Origin: Nanopusillaceae archaeon
GTDB taxonomy: Archaea; Nanobdellota; Nanobdellia; Nanobdellales; Nanobdellaceae
NCBI GenBank assembly: GCA_038735675.1
Contig: JAVYNJ010000009.1
Coordinates: 1 to 23,190 of the forward strand
Reading direction: 5' to 3'
DNA length: 23,190 nt
Made by a program: the position numbers and the translations under genes. Within the stretch, counting starts at the first letter, position 1, and every line of letters begins with the position of its first letter. The notes beneath the pieces are model-generated. The model had not been told where the DNA came from. It did not search any database and saw nothing but the letters and a program-made list of their open reading frames with translations. This document shows, one piece after another, positions 21,994-23,190 of the stretch.

Positions 21994-23011
21994 GATTTTT
22001 TGAAATAATTGATTCTATTTCTTTTATACTCGGATATAATCTTTTATATATTTCTTCTAATTTTTGATCTGTGATATAGTGTGTTATATAGAAAGAATCT
22101 AGTCCTTCTTTTCTTCTTTTTTCAATTTCAGCATGAATCATTAAATATGTAAAAATAAGAGGTAATTTTATTTCTTGATTAGATAATAAAATAGATCTGT
22201 ATATTCCAGAAATTATTTTTAATAGAGAAATGTCTGGAACAATTACTTTAAATTTTTTATAATCTTCCAATAAATTTAAAGTGTATAAAGCTTGTAAGGG
22301 TGCTCTTCCAAGAACATTTGTATAATATATTTCTCCTTTATATTTTACTTTTCTCATTCTTTGTATTCTGTCCAATTTACTATCTGAATATATTTTAAAA
22401 TTACCTATATCTTGATATCCTTCAACATATACTTCTGTTAATTCTTTTTTTGGATAAGAATAAAGATTTATTTCAAATTCATTTATAAATTTTCCACCTT
22501 TTTTCGGAGGTACTTTTTCATATGGATTATTTTTATTTAATACCAATATAAAATATGCTTCTGGAATTTTAATTAATGGAATTTCATAAGCTTCTTTATT
22601 TCCATTTCCCTCAAATATAATTACAAAAGAATATGGATACTTATTATAATTATTTTTTCCATTTATTTTATCAATTAAAATATCTAAAGACTCTGTAAAA
22701 TTAGAAAAAGATGGTTTTTTATTTATTTTAATTTTTTCTCTCTCTAATTTTGATATTAAGACTATAGGATTATATGTAAATTTTCTGTTATCTTTCCTAC
22801 CACTGCAAATAATGTTATAATCCTCTTCAGGAATTCTATTTTTAAGATTTTGAACAAAGCTTCTTTCAACCTTTTCAATATATTTTTTATTTAAATAACC
22901 CTGTCTTTCCAAAATATTTAAATAAAGGTTTATTTCCTTTGAATTGATATATTTATGGATTAATTCTTCTAAACTCTTTCTAGCATTCTCAAAAGTATTA
23001 TAGTATGACAT
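21968..23011 (-). CDS. Hypothetical soluble protein, 347 aa, no recognised family
   Basis: Long ORF with codon composition like its neighbours. No TM segment, no Walker A motif, a single Cys. The 3' end overlaps rps6e convergently by 26 nt. It is divergent from the pilin gene. Confidence 0.6.
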   Translation of the reverse strand: MSYYNTFENARKSLEELIHKYINSKEINLYLNILERQGYLNKKYIEKVERSFVQNLKNRIPEEDYNIICSGRKDNRKFTYNPIVLISKLEREKIKINKKPSFSNFTESLDILIDKINGKNNYNKYPYSFVIIFEGNGNKEAYEIPLIKIPEAYFILVLNKNNPYEKVPPKKGGKFINEFEINLYSYPKKELTEVYVEGYQDIGNFKIYSDSKLDRIQRMRKVKYKGEIYYTNVLGRAPLQALYTLNLLEDYKKFKVIVPDISLLKIISGIYRSILLSNQEIKLPLIFTYLMIHAEIEKRRKEGLDSFYITHYITDQKLEEIYKRLYPSIKEIESIISKNLKMKSVVS

Positions 23012-23088
23012 ATTTACTAATTGGTTGTAAATATTATAATATTTTTGGTAATAAAAATTTTTATTTAGGAAGAAGTTCTAAATATATT

Positions 23089-23190
23089 ATGCATAAAAAA
23101 TCTATATCTCCTTTAATTGCAACTTTTATTCTAATTACTTTAACTGTTGCTATTGGAGCTATGGTTGTTGCTTGGGGAAGACAATATGTT
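23089..23190 (+). CDS. Archaeal type IV pilin-like protein (class III signal peptide), 3' end outside the window
   Basis: My own translation is MHKKSISPLIATFILITLTVAIGAMVVAWGRQYV. It shows the classic archaeal pilin N-terminus pattern K(K/R)(A/G/S)(I/V)SP(V/L)IAT(V/F)(L/I)LI.ITV........W. A TATA-like tttttatt lies at -31..-24. Confidence 0.75.
   Translation, partial: MHKKSISPLIATFILITLTVAIGAMVVAWGRQYV

Noticed and set aside
1-23190. CRISPR arrays, transposases/integrases, IS elements, prophage or toxin-antitoxin/defence modules
   Set aside because: I found no regularly spaced direct repeats outside coding repeats. No ORF has DDE, tyrosine- or serine-recombinase, Cas or nuclease signatures that I could recognise. 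All sizeable ORFs are accounted for.

Overview
The window is very AT-rich (about a quarter G+C by eye), tightly packed and archaeal. Evidence for archaeal origin: an STT3/AglB oligosaccharyltransferase, an Alg7-type AglH, ribosomal proteins S28e, L24e and S6e, aIF5B, and class III (archaellin/pilin) signal peptides. Three tRNAs at about 70% G+C stand out against this background. Together with overlapping genes and a split gene, this suggests a thermophilic, genome-reduced lineage (DPANN/Nanoarchaeota-like). That placement is inference only.

Gene content, left to right:
- The 3' 3.4 kb of a giant, sequon-rich modular surface protein (Ig-like Cys-pair modules, two IDPTPPNN modules, a 22/23-aa beta-helix).
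- A stand-alone archaellin-like gene.
- tRNA-Thr(UGU) and tRNA-Asp(GUC).
- A minus-strand four-gene N-glycosylation operon: aglB, aglH, a Wzx/MOP flippase with an extra N-terminal domain, and a PfkB sugar kinase.
- rps28e and rpl24e (rpl24e is missing from the ORF track).
- A block of about 7.5 kb containing a FlaJ/TadC-type platform protein split into two divergently transcribed halves, two membrane-anchored orphan genes, a sugar-1-P nucleotidyltransferase, tRNA-Lys(UUU), a degenerate UbiA-like membrane protein, AsnRS, and a truncated AsnRS paralog (AsnA-like) with no canonical start codon.
- aIF5B and rps6e.
- A 347-aa orphan gene.
- The 5' end of a type IV pilin-like gene.

No CRISPR array, transposase, integrase or rRNA is visible.

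The most interesting theme is a cell-surface neighbourhood that may act as a host- or substrate-attachment toolkit. It combines the adhesin-like giant protein, the archaellin, a minimal AglB/AglH/flippase module, the split platform protein and the pilin.

All functional calls rest on motifs I recognised by eye. No searches or computations were run.
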